Shown here in pieces: positions 39,640 through 51,800 of a DNA stretch of 64,000 nucleotides. The notes below the pieces were generated by a model, which saw only the letters and a list, made by a program, of their open reading frames with translations, was not told the origin of the DNA and ran no database searches. This DNA comes from Vitrella brassicaformis CCMP3155 (taxonomy: Eukaryota > Protista > Chromerida). The stretch covers positions 1 through 64,000 of the forward strand of contig CDMY01000231.1 of NCBI GenBank assembly GCA_001179505.1. Direction: 5' to 3'. Within the stretch, counting starts at the first letter, position 1. Every line of letters begins with the position of its first letter. A program made the translations under genes and the position numbers.

Positions 39640-42549
39640 AGGGCTACTTGCCTCCTGGAACCGGGAGAGCGGAGGGCGCCCTTCGATAATCGAGACTTAA
39701 TGGGTGGACCATCAAATGAAACGTTCAGACCACTGGATGAGCTCCAGCGAGCTGTCCAATCCTGGGGTGCTATACCCCGACGCACACGTCGCATCGCGTG
39801 CAGGCACCCCCGACACACAAATCTTTATATGTGCAAAAACGTATGCGTCACATACGCAAGAGAGAGACAGACCTATGCACAGCAGCCGGCATGCCACCCA
39901 CCCACCCACTATGCCGCACCTCTCGACTCTCAACGCGGCTATGAAGACCGAAAAACGCTATCGCTACGTCGTCAGCCCTCGAACAGAGCACCACCTGCAC
40001 ACGATCGAAGATGGCCACAGTGGCCATGTGGGGCTGTGTCGTGGTGTGTGTGTGCGGACATCCCTCACCTGATTGATGCAGTGGTCTGGATGCGCATCTG
40101 CAGCTATCGCCTACGTCGAGAGGGGCACCTGTACCTGCATGGACGAAAGGCGATCCGCAGCCCTTATGCTCAAAGCATATATTTGTACCACTGACTGACT
40201 GACTGACCGCGTTTCGCTCGATGCCTTTGAGCCATCTGACGATGAGGGCGACCTCGCCGAGCTTGATGTGGCTGCCCAGCACCTCGTCGCTCGCCTTGCG
40301 CACAGTCATGTTGTCGGTGTCCAGGATTGCAGCAAACGTCGCACCATTCACCTTCTCCTAGACACGCCATCAATCCATCCATCCATCCCTCTCTCTTGGC
40401 AAGTGTAGGTACCTGCCGTCCTAGCAGTGTCCACCAGGTCCCGCAGCTCCTCATCGTGCGCGAATATCGCCACTATGTCGTCGTTGCTAAGTCTGGACAG
40501 CTCAACTGTCTTGAACCGAGGCACCTCATCTGCCAAACCACACGCACACACACAGAGCCTCATCGGTGCACCTGTCGTGTGTTGACCGACTGACCCTTCT
40601 CCTCCTTTTTGACGCCCCCTCGAGTGGCCGCATCCGCAGCAGCCGACACACGACCTGACACCACACTCGTGCCACATGTGTGTTGATGCAGTGATTGTCC
40701 CTCCTCCCCTCTCCCTCTCGTCTCACCGGCTTCCTGTTTGGTGCTGTCGTCCTTGTCCGAGTCCAGATCGATCGGATTGGCTGCACCCCCCACCCCTCTC
40801 CCGCCCCCATTGCTGCCGCCATTGGCACCGCCAGCAGCCCCATTCTTGTCGTGGTCCTCCCGCTCTTGTTTGACGACGCCACCAGCACCTGCCTCTCCGC
40901 CACCCTCTCCCTCCATCATCCTGTCGTCGACATCAGGAGCCCCACCACCACCACCACCAGCCGCCGCACTCGCACTCGCCAGCGGAGCCGCATTACCGCG
41001 GTCAGCACTGTGCGCACCATGGCCCGATGTGGGAGGAGGGGACGCAGACACGGGAGGCATCTGCTCGTCCCGCGAAGCGGCACGCGAATCTGAAGGAAAC
41101 GAACCAGATAAGACGACGATGCGGCCTCTTTGTGCTCTTGTGTGTGCGTTGGTGTGTGAATACCTGTCCGGCGACGTTTGGTGCTCCGCTTGTTGCTCTT
41201 GCCGTCCTCACGCCCCTTCCGCTTGTGCTTGCGGCCACGACGTGGGGACGGGGGATAGGCGGCAGCGGCAGCGGCCGCTGCTGCTGCTGCAGGAGGCTCA
41301 CCCTGACACGAACAGCCCAGAGATGCGAGTGCCTTCCCTCCCTCCCTCCCCAGCCCACCTGGTCGTCGTCTGGGAAGGGGTGTTCGTTGAGCAGCTCCTC
41401 CCAGCCGGTGATGCGGGCGACGCGGTGCTTCTCGAACTCGGTGTTGCGGTACTCAATCGCCGCCCCGCACATCTCACGGGCGGTGTCATGCTCATCCAGG
41501 CGGAGATACTTGCAGCACACTGTCGCGTTGTTCCGCTGCAGCCTGATGCAGAGTCTGGTGCACCTCGTCGCGTCTGCCACGCTGATGCCCAGACCAATTT
41601 CATGCCCCTCTTGGCCTTGAGCTTATCGAGGAACTTCTGCAGAGCGCGCCGCATAGCTGCCGACATAGACAGGACAAAGACCACATGGACTGGCCACACG
41701 TGGTGTGGTGTGCTGTCTGCTGTCAGCGAGTCGTACGTACCCTTACGCTGGCGCTGGGTCTCCTGCTTGAGTGCGTCGGGTGAGCGGGAGGGGGAGCGGT
41801 CCATGGCCTGAAAGCAATGAATGCCACACGCGAACACAGAGTGGCATAGACCGCCGGCATGAGTGTCTGTCTTCATCCTACCTCTCCGTCGCCTTCTTCG
41901 GCTGATGAGCCCTCGTCGTCCTGACAGGAACAGACGCGAGTACGTTACGACAAGTGTGACGACTGACCACGCTGCGCTGCCGGTGACTGTCATCTATCTA
42001 AGTCACCTGCTGTGCGTCACAGTCATCGTCCTCCCCGCTGCAAGGGCTGTCGTCGTCCTCGTAGTCGTCATCTTCGGCAGCGTCCTCATCCTCCTTGGTC
42101 GCCCTCTTTCGCACCTTGGCCGCCTTCTGCTTGGCCACCTTCTGCTTGGCAGCACGCGCCGCACGACCATCACTGCGAGAATATGATCCACCCATCTCCT
42201 CATCACCATCACCCACACCTGACACACAGACCAAACACAGCACAACTTTCCACAGCCATTCTGTGCCCCTCCTCTCTCTTCCGAACCCACCTCTTCTATT
42301 GTTAGACGCTCCACGCCGGCTCGTCACCCCTCCCTTTCCCGTGCCCTCCCGGACCTCGCCCGACCGCTTCTCGACGCCCTGGCTATGGCGGCCGTCATCT
42401 CGACCACCGTGACGGCTGCTGCGCCGTGGCTGATGGGCGCCAGCGTCCGTCATCTCCTCCTTGACAGACGACTCATGGGCGGCAGCAGGAACGTCCGGCT
42501 CCTCTTCCTTCTTGAGTGACGGTGAGCGGCCAGCAGGGGCGCTTGCCAT
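39640..42549 (-). CDS. Hypothetical multi-exon protein with an acidic/basic N-terminus and a C-terminal SAM-like domain; one apparent frameshift
   Basis: MASAPAGRSPSLKKEEEPDV..., a KE/DE-rich exon, GHEIGLGISVADATRC...YRNTEFEKHRVARITGWEELL (frame change near 41610), and the C-terminal LSNDDIVAIFAHDEELRDLVDTAR..EKVNGATFAAIL..EVLGSHIKLGEVALIVRWLKGI, which resembles a SAM-domain pattern. Confidence 0.45.
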
Positions 42550-42608
42550 GATTGATCACAGATCTATGCGAGGAGGAGCGGTATATCCCGCGGTGACTAG
42601 CCGCGCAA

Positions 42609-42638
42609 GAAACCCTAAAGGTGCACATTTAGGGTTTC
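42609..42638. promoter_or_regulatory. Inverted telo-box pair forming a palindrome ~60 bp upstream of the ATG at 42549
   Basis: GAAACCCTAAA-ggtgcaca-TTTAGGGTTTC: perfect 11-bp arms containing AAACCCTA/TTTAGGG. Confidence 0.4.
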
Positions 42639-45600
42639 CTTTTCGGAACTGCCAATGTTGTGCTTCTGAGTCGCGCGGCACAGTATCTCGCGAGCATAGT
42701 GCAATTCGATCAAGATCTGGGCCAATGGACGTGCCTGCTCCAGCTTGAGCTCCCTCGGGATCAAGGGGCACTTGCTCCCTGAGGCTCCACCGTTCATGGA
42801 TGATCAGGGGAGAGAGGAGGATTCTGACCCTGTGTTCTATCTCTGTGTGGGGTGATGGGTTGGGGATGTGTTCTGTCGGCATGCTTTTCTCCGTTGCTCT
42901 TGCCATTTCAGCAGAGATTTGTGTGGCCCTGTCTTTGGGGCCTGTCTCAGTGAGTCAGTGCTTGTCTATGTGAGGATACCGGGTTCATTGCAGAGCAGCT
43001 GTGTGTGGTTGACTAAGACTGGTGGCTGCCCGGGGTGGCTGGCTGGCTGGCTGGCTGAGTGATCAAATCATTCTCCTCTGAATGACTTGATTCTCTCATC
43101 TCCATCATGCATGGCGTTTGTACGAAACCGAGTGTCGTTGGACTATTTTGGTCCAGTCGACACAAAAGCCGCACGGACCGACCATACCCTGCCAGCTCTC
43201 ACTCACTCACTATGCATAAATGACACAGTAAACATCAGTCGAGCCGTTCTGTATGTATGCACACACAGTCATGTCCTTCCAAACCTAGCAGACACGTATT
43301 CTGTCTCAGTTCTGAAAACCCGCCGGCATTACTGTGTCCCTCACTCACTCACCCTCCATCCAATCAGGGCCCTCTCTTCACTCACTGACTAGGCATCACT
43401 CACTAAGTGAGTGAGCTCCTATCCATCCATCCACACGCCGGCAATCACCAATTACATACACGTGAGATAGTACGTGATCTATCTTACAAAAGGTGTGGGC
43501 GGTGAATGGATGGGGTGAGGGAGAGGGGGCCCCAGTCAATCGCAGCAGCATGTTTTGATGGTGCTTTCGGTGGCTGGGCCACTTGTGCCCCTCGTATGAG
43601 CATGAGATATCAACCAATGACATGGCAACGGACAAACAGGTGAACAGACACTCCCTCCTCTCTCCCTCTCCCTCTCCCTCTCTCTCTCTCTCACTCACTC
43701 AGAAAGGCCACAGACAAGACACCACAGCAGCACAGCAGCACAGCGCTCCCAACTTACAGCCCAACTCGGTCAACTTCCCTGCATCGTAGGCAGAGTGAAA
43801 GTCCACCAAGCCCCCACAAACACGAACATTCATCCATCAATACATGTAGAGAACGGCAGGGAAAGAGAGAGCCAGGAGGGCCGCTGATATGACAGACAGA
43901 CAGATAGGCGAGGTGAGGTCAGGTCAGTAAGTGGAATGGCTGTGGGCGGTTGAGTGAACGAGATGGCCATCGATTGAGGCCTCCTCTCCTCCACTCACCC
44001 AGCCAAGAGAAGCGAGCGACAAAGTCGGCTCAAAGGCAGGCGCACACACACACACACAACATGCACCACCGTACGACGCACCAACACACCCACAAAACAT
44101 CCCCACCCACAACTACCCCAATCAATCGATATCGGTGCTGCTGTGTTCGTGTCTCTAAGCGCTCACAATGCTATCCGGCTGCTCTAATGTATTGACACAG
44201 CGCATGAGAGCCGTGTTTGTGTGGGTATGGGGGTGCCAGTATGGACGTACGCTATTTCGTGCGGTGTGTGTATTGTGTGCGGGGGTCTCTCTGGTGGGGT
44301 GGCTGTGCTCTGCCTTTCCTTCCCGTCCGGCCCTCTGCCCCCTTATATAATTCAGCCTGAAAACAGCCGGACGGACAGACAAAGAGACGGACAGACATGT
44401 ACGTATGTATGTACGTCGTGCCCTCCTGGCAGGCAGAGAGACAGGGAAGATCGCTACAAGCTTGCAAAAGTAGCACGGCACGGAGAGAGAGAAAGTACAC
44501 ACACATGACATCGCTTGTCTGTCTGTCTGTCTGTCGTCTTCGTGGGATTGGTAGATAGGCAAAGGGCAGGCAGGTTAGGCACAGACAGACAGACAGACAG
44601 ACTGAAGACAGCAACAGAAGCCAAAAAGCCAGGAAGGAAGGAAGGAAGGAAGGCGATCAAAGCAAATTGACAAGAGAACTATACATCAGACAGTCTTACT
44701 CAACTCATCTCACACACTCCAATCGAGTGTGTAAGTCAGCCAGCCAGCCAGCCATCCGGTCAGGAAGAGCAGAGTAGATCAAGTCTCACACACACGTGTA
44801 TGTACGCAGCTTTGTATGTACAACACATGTGAATGTGGATATGTATATGTATATGTATGTGTATGTGTATGTCTATGTATATGTGTATGTGTGTGTATGT
44901 ACAGGAATACATAGTAAGTAAATTATACGTGTAGAAAATGCGTGGCCGTGTCGTGTCTCTCTTAATTATGACATACATGGGGGTGGCCGGCCGTACTAGA
45001 AGGCAGGAAGGGCCGGTCGAACAAACCGACGACTGACCGACATGGCTGACTGACCGACGACTGACGGACTGACATGCAACACACGGAAAAAAGGGCGGGG
45101 GTATGTATGTATGTATGTACGCATCCACCCATCAATCACGGCAGCCAGCCAGCCGGCCAGTTGTCAGCTTTTAGTGGACGAGGCGGGCGGGCGAGCGGGC
45201 GCGAATGAATGATGGGTGTATGTGTGGGCGAGCACCTTGATTAATTAGGCGTCTCAAGTCGCAACGGATGGCTATCATTATGTATTGCATCACCTGGATG
45301 ATCACCACACCACAAAACACACAATACATACGACGCCCCGCCTGACCTCACCTCCCCAGCTATCAGACACACATCCACTCATGCATCCTTTCGACTACTG
45401 TCTTGTCCGAGGCATCACACACACACAGAGACACACATGCAAACACGCACACATGCAGGGAGACAACGGACGGGGCCTCTCTCAGCAGCCAGCCACATGA
45501 ACCTGAACCAACCAACCAACCGCAGACCATCAGCAGCCCGGGCCCACAGAGAAGGCCAGCGACCAGTACCTGCTGCTAGACATCGTCCACCATCACATCA

Positions 45601-45689
45601 AGAGCTATGCACATGCATCATACATACTGACACACACGAAGTGGCACCGAGAGAGACACATGGGCCAGAAACAGAGAGAGAAGTGCGTG

Positions 45690-46131
45690 CACACATGTTG
45701 ACCACATATATACACAGGTGCAAGTACGCAGAAAGGTCCAAAAGGGGTGCACGAAAGCTTTAAAGAAAGGCAGCCAGGTTCGGCTCTCCCCATATATTCC
45801 CAAACGGTGGCGGGGTATCACACACACATCCGGCCGGAGCAAAACGCCCTCTTGTCTCATCTGGGGCAAGAATGATGTCATAAAACTCCAAATCTACCCC
45901 ATACACACAGGTGGGCATACGCATAATCCATCTCTGATTCCGTCGTTCTGTGGTATATGTGCGTGTGTGTGAACGTCTTCTAGGGTTCGTGATCCGCCAC
46001 ACGACCCGTTTGCCTCGCTGAAGCTCTCCTTCCAGGGGTTCTGACTCGCAGAAGGGACGGCTGCGGACGGCGCCGGCTGCACATGGGATGAGAACTGTTT
46101 CATGCCGAGAACCACCATCGTTCTCCTGCAT
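45690..46131 (-). CDS. Hypothetical exon fragments
   Basis: SEPLEGELQRGKRVVWRITNPRRRSH, FYDIILAPDETRGRFAPA and IWGEPNLAA, separated by (TG)n intron-like spacers. Confidence 0.2.
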
Positions 46132-46221
46132 TGTCTTACCATCACGGAGGGCAGCGACTCGCCGCGGGCGGCGTAGCTAGGCAGAGGGGACCACAGCTGT
46201 CGGTGACACTCTTTTTATTTC

Positions 46222-48660
46222 CCCTGACGGCCCTTGTGTCCACAGTCACGGTGTGTGTGGTGATTGTTTGGATGGATGAAAGGCTAGTGGAAGGGGAGGG
46301 GTAGGGGGGATGTGGCTTAGTTGGGCCACGCCACGACGCGGTGCTCCATCCTGTTAGCTACTGAGCGAATACGCCTGCCTCGAGGCGGCCGTGTCGTTCA
46401 TCAGCGCCGTCTATCTGGATTCACCAATCACGGACACAGAATGAGTGGAAGAGATGGATGGAATCGACTGACGGATTCGAGAGTCACAACTCTTGATGTG
46501 TCAATACAGTCCCTCGTGTCTGTTTCTGTAACTCCCATTCACACAACCTGAAATACACCGAACAGAGCAGAGCGCGTCAAGTCAAAGGAAAAAATGCCGA
46601 TTGGCATAGTATCAGCTCAATCCAACGCCACAGGCCGACGCAAGCAGACAGAGACAGACAGAGACAGAGAGAGAGACAGAGAGAGAGACAGAGGACAGGA
46701 TTTGCCATCCTGCCCCTCGAGAGTTTTCACCTGAGAGGCCAGCGAAGTCACCACTTCACCCGTACGTATCGCTTACAGCGCCCTCACGCACTTTTCTGTT
46801 CATTCCCACAGCACACCGCTCGTCGTCACCCAGAATGGCGGCAATGGTCATCAAACGGATCACTCCCCCCCTCTCAAGCTGCCAGAGTAGAGCTCCCCCT
46901 CCCGCCTGCCACACAAGCCACCAAGAAGGGAGGGCGGCGCGCAAAAAGACAGCCACCAACGCCCACCAGACACGTGTGCAATACATCTGACCACGACGCA
47001 TGCAATCACGCACAAATCGCCAGTTTCACACAACACGACGACCTTGGCCATTAGGACATCGGCCAACGAAAACCACACACGACGCATGGACAGACAATAC
47101 ACCGAACAGAGCAGAGCGCGTCAAGTCAGTCGTGCCAACAGACGGCCACCAACACCCACACACAGGTACGGATGTGATGTGGTGCATTCCACCACGGCAC
47201 ACGACAGGCCGCCAAATATACACCGCGCGAGGCGCCCCACATGATAAAACACATGATCATGGCACGTCATGGAAACAGACAGGGCACCAAAAAGGGCGCG
47301 TACACAGAGGAAAACTGAGAAAAAGATACGACAGACGGACGCACACAGACAGAGACAGACTGAGACAGAGACAGAGAGAGACAGAGGCCAGGATTTGCCA
47401 TCCTGCCACTCGAGAGTTTTCACCTGAGAGGCCAGCGAAGTCACCACTTCACCCGTACGTATCGCTTACAGCGCCCTCACGCACTTTTCTGTTCATTCCC
47501 ACAGCACACCGCTCGTCGTCACCCAGAATGGCGGCAATGGTCATCAAACGGACCACTCCCCCCCTCTCAAGCTGCCAGAGTAGAGCTCCCCCTCGCCCCT
47601 GCCACACAAGCCACCAAGAAGGGAGAGCGGCGCGCAAAAAGACAGCCACCAACGCCCACCAGACACGTGTGCAATACATCTGACCACGACGCATGCAATC
47701 ACGCACAAATCGCCAGTTTCACACAACACGACGACCTTGGCCATTAGGACATCGGCCAACGAAAACCACACACGACGCATGGACAGACAATACACCGAAC
47801 AGAGCAGAGCGCGTCAAGTCAGTCGTGCCAACAGACGGCCACCAACACCCACACAAAGGTACGGATGTGATGTGGTGCATTCCACCACGGCACACGACAG
47901 GCCGCCAAAAATACACCGCGCGAGGCGCCCCACATGATAAAACACATGATCATGGCACGTCATGGAAACAGACAGGGCACCAAAAAGGGCGCGTACACAG
48001 AGGAAAACTGAGAAAAAGATACGACAGACGGACGCACACAGACAGAGACAGAGACAGAGAGAGAGACAGAGAGAGACAGAGGACAGGATTTGCCATCCTG
48101 CCCCTCGAGAGTTTTCACCTGAGAGGCCAGCGAAGTCACCACTTCACCCGTACGTATCGCTTACAGCGCCCTCACGCACTTTTCTGTTCATTCCCACAGC
48201 ACACCGCTCGTCGTCACCCAGAATGGCGGCAATGGTCATCAAACGGATCACTCCCCCCCTCTCAAGCTGCCAGAGTAGAGCTCCCCCTCCCCCCTGCCAC
48301 ACAAGCCACCAAGAAGGGAGAGCGGCGCGCAAAAAGACAGCCACCAACGCCCACCAGACACGTGTGCAATACATCTGACCACGACGCATGCAATCACGCA
48401 CAAATCGCCAGTTTCACACAACACGACGACCTTGGCCATTAGGACATCGGCCAACGAAAACCACACACGACGCATGGACAGACAATACACCGAACAGAGC
48501 AGAGCGCGTCAAGTCAGTCGTGCCAACAGACGGCCACCAACACCCACTGTGGCGCATTCCACCACGGCACACGACAGGCCGCCAAAAAAAAAGAGGAAAA
48601 TATGTCCGCAGGCACGCAATGCCGAGTGGCATAGTATCAGCTCAATCTAACGCCACACGC
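46222..48660. repeat. Right arm of the inverted repeat, with a tandem array of ~694-bp units (about 2.7 copies)
   Basis: Marker CGAGAGTTTTCACCTGAGAGG at 46718, 47411 and 48106 (periods 693 and 695 bp); units near-identical. Confidence 0.92.
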
Positions 48661-48803
48661 CGACGCAAGCAGCCTAGCCGCAGACATCGTGACAGGCGAC
48701 TGGTGAGCTGATAACACACACGCGGGCATTGGCAAAAAGGACTTGCTGGGCAAAGCACATGAATGCTAGACACAGTGAGCTCAGAAGAATCTCTGTACTG
48801 TCC

Positions 48804-51800
48804 CTAGAACAAACATTCACGCCCGTCACCTGGGCGCTGCCCCATCAAATTGCGGGGCTCCACAGCGCCCAGTGAGTCGAAGTGAGTGTCCTGGGGCGCC
48901 GGGCGGTTTCTCGAGAGACAAAACAAGCCATGGAGACAGGCGGAAGACGGAAGACATCCGGTTCGCCGCCTGACGCAGACGTCGGAGTCATAGTACCTCT
49001 CGAGGGCCGTCCTGACCTGCTCCTCGGTCAGATGCACTTCCTCCAGCGCATAGCTGCGCTTCAGCTTGTCCTTGTGTTCCTTGTTCTCGTTGATGAATGC
49101 CCACATGCTGTCTCTGGCCCGCTTGTTCATCGGTATCTTGAAGTGCCTGTAGATCTTCTTAACCATCTCCATGGGACCGTTGATCAGGTCGTCGTAGTGC
49201 ACGTCCAAAAATTGCTTCTGGAGGTGAGAATTCTTCGCGCGAAAATCCATGGAATGGTCGACCATGTTGGCTATCACCTCAAGCTCCTTCTGGCCCACCG
49301 CGTCGAGGTCCACCTCCTCAATCAGCTCCTTCCGCACCGCGCCTACGAGGCTGCACCATGAGGCGACAACATCCTTCGGACTTCTGTACACACACACATC
49401 ACACACACACACGCGACAGTGAGCGTGTCTGTGTGCAATCGGGGTGGTTGGCGCTGACCTGTGTACGTGGACGACGAGCGCGTTAGGGTATGTCTCGAAC
49501 AGTGCATCGAGTGCGAATAGCTGGAAGGGCATGTTGAGGAGCCACCTGTTTCCGGCCCGCTGCCACTGCAGGTGCTGTAGAAACCGCTTGTGAAAGGCGT
49601 ATCCGCGGTTCATCTCTTTGCAGTCGTCCTTGAAGAGCCACTCCTTGTATGCGGGTGTGTCGAACTCCACGCACATACTGTAGGATCTAAAGCAGTGCTC
49701 GAAGATCATGTAGTCCTCGTCTGGCCAGTCGGCCCTCTGCGCGTGGATGCGCATCCAGTCGTCGCTCATGCTCCGAACGAAATCCAGCGCCTCTTGCGCA
49801 GGGGCCAGCCGGGGATCCTACAGGCGTACACACACACACACACACGCGCGCGCGCGCGTCACCAGTGCTCGTGTGCTCGTGCGGCATGCGGCCCGGTGCT
49901 GACACGTACCTGGTCCCAGTCCCATGGGGCGTCGTTGGGTACGTTGTGCGGTCTGTATGATCCGTCCTCGCCGTATGGACAGTACATCTCACTGTACATG
50001 GGGGCCCTCATAGCAGGGTCTTGTGCGATCAGCCGCTGCAGTAAGGTGGCGCCCATCCGATCGAGACCCACGATAATCAGCGGCTGTCTGATCTGCTGCC
50101 GCTCTATCTCGGGGTTGAGGCGCGCCACCTCCTTCATGAACAGGAGGTTCTTGAACATCTGCCGGGACGTGCGGAACATCGCCAATTCCCCGAGGAAGGA
50201 CAGCTTCACCTCCTGATTGGCGCTTTTGGCCAGCAGCCGTGCTGGCTCCAGGTAGAAGTCCTCACCTTCCGCCTCGGTCGCGAAGTCCCTGAGACCGTCG
50301 GTGTGCTTCCGCGCCCACTCGAGTGCGTGGTCAGCATCGATGATGACGGAGTTGCCCTTGGGAGCGAAGAAGCGAAACTCGATTTGGTACTGGAAGGAGG
50401 CCCGGAAGGTGTCCTTGACGGGTGGCCATGCCATGTGTGGGAGCTCGTCGAAGATGTTATGGGTGCGGATGGGGAACGGCTCGGTCCGCTCGTCGCAGTC
50501 GAACCAGTAGGACCGCCAGTACTGCATGAGGAGCACGAACTTGAAGACGGGCGACTCGGGACCGCGTTTCTTGACGGCGTCGAGGAAGGTGTCGATCTTG
50601 ACGCCATAGTACTTGATGCCCAGCTCGTCTGCCCACGCCTCAAGCTGACCCCTGCACACGGACATAGGATACGTCAAATCGATGCATTCGATTGAGCCCT
50701 GTTGCCTTACTGTTTGACGACGGTGGTGTCGATGAGGTGGTACAGCCAGTGCTTCCGCCGCTCAAGGAACGAAGCCTCCACCTATACGACGAACGAATGA
50801 CCGGACGAATGAAGCCCCCACACAAGCTTTGCGACCTACCAGCATCTCAGCAATGGTGTCCACCGGTGTGAAAGGCGCCGTAGACGCGCCGACGGGGAAC
50901 ATGCCCTCCTCGATGGAGCTGACAGTCAGCGCCGTGGCGAAGTCGTCCTTGTTGGTGTACCCTGTCCGCCAGCCGACGAACGTGCTGGGGAGTCGGTACA
51001 CGCACACGGGCAGGCCCATGTCGCGAGCCTTGCGCAGCACTTGCTCGGCGGCCCACTTGCTCCAGGGGTAGCCCATGCGGAGAGGGGGGAAGAACTTCTG
51101 CATCTCCTTGGGGTCGGGGGAGGAGTCCTCGGTGATGAGCCGGTCGTCGAACTCCTGGCTGAAGCAGGCAACGAAGGCCGGGAAGATGCCCAGGGTGGAG
51201 ACGTGGTGGAGCGACTTGAGGCGGTAGGTGGTGCACAACCGCAAGACGCCCTTGAGGGCGAGTGTGTTGGTTGCACGGAGACGAGCGTAGTTGCTCAGGA
51301 GGTTGACATTGCCGCCAGTGTGGTGGACCTGAATGAAGAAACCACACACAGAGAGTACATGTCAAGCCTTCGATCACTGCTTCCCCGTGCTGCGCATGTG
51401 CAAGTCACCATGTCGATGGTTCGGCAGAGTTCCACGAATTTGTCTTCGCCGACGCCGAGGTCCTCCTTGGTGAAGTCTCCGGGTAGCGCCTCGATGCGGC
51501 TGGCGTACTCCTCCTTCCACACCTTGGCCTCATTGCACGCGTCGCGGATGCGCTGCATGGCGTGCTTCTCGTCGTTGGCCCGCACCAGGCACGTGACCTT
51601 CAGGTTCTCACTCCCCGGCCGGTCCAGCAGGCATACCACTTGCAGGCGGCCGACAAACCCCGTTACGCCGGTGAGCAGCACGTTCTTAACTTGCTTGGGG
51701 TGCCGCATGGGCAACAGAGTGTTGACGTCGAACTGCAGCCACTCTGTGAGGTCCTTGATGTCGTCCATCGGGTCGACCGTCTTCTCTCGGGGCTTGCCAC

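Noticed and set aside
39848-40100. His-rich plus-strand ORF (EHHLHTIEDGHSGH) as a metal-binding protein
   Set aside because: Splice signals and microsatellite polarity support the opposite strand as the transcribed one.
42900-45600. ORFs in the microsatellite-rich core
   Set aside because: Translations are dominated by CA/TG and CAGA repeats; no codon bias or domain signal.
46690-48590. Repeat array as a CRISPR or as coding repeats
   Set aside because: Units are ~694 bp with no short repeat/unique spacer pattern; the ORFs are short and vary between copies; eukaryotic context.
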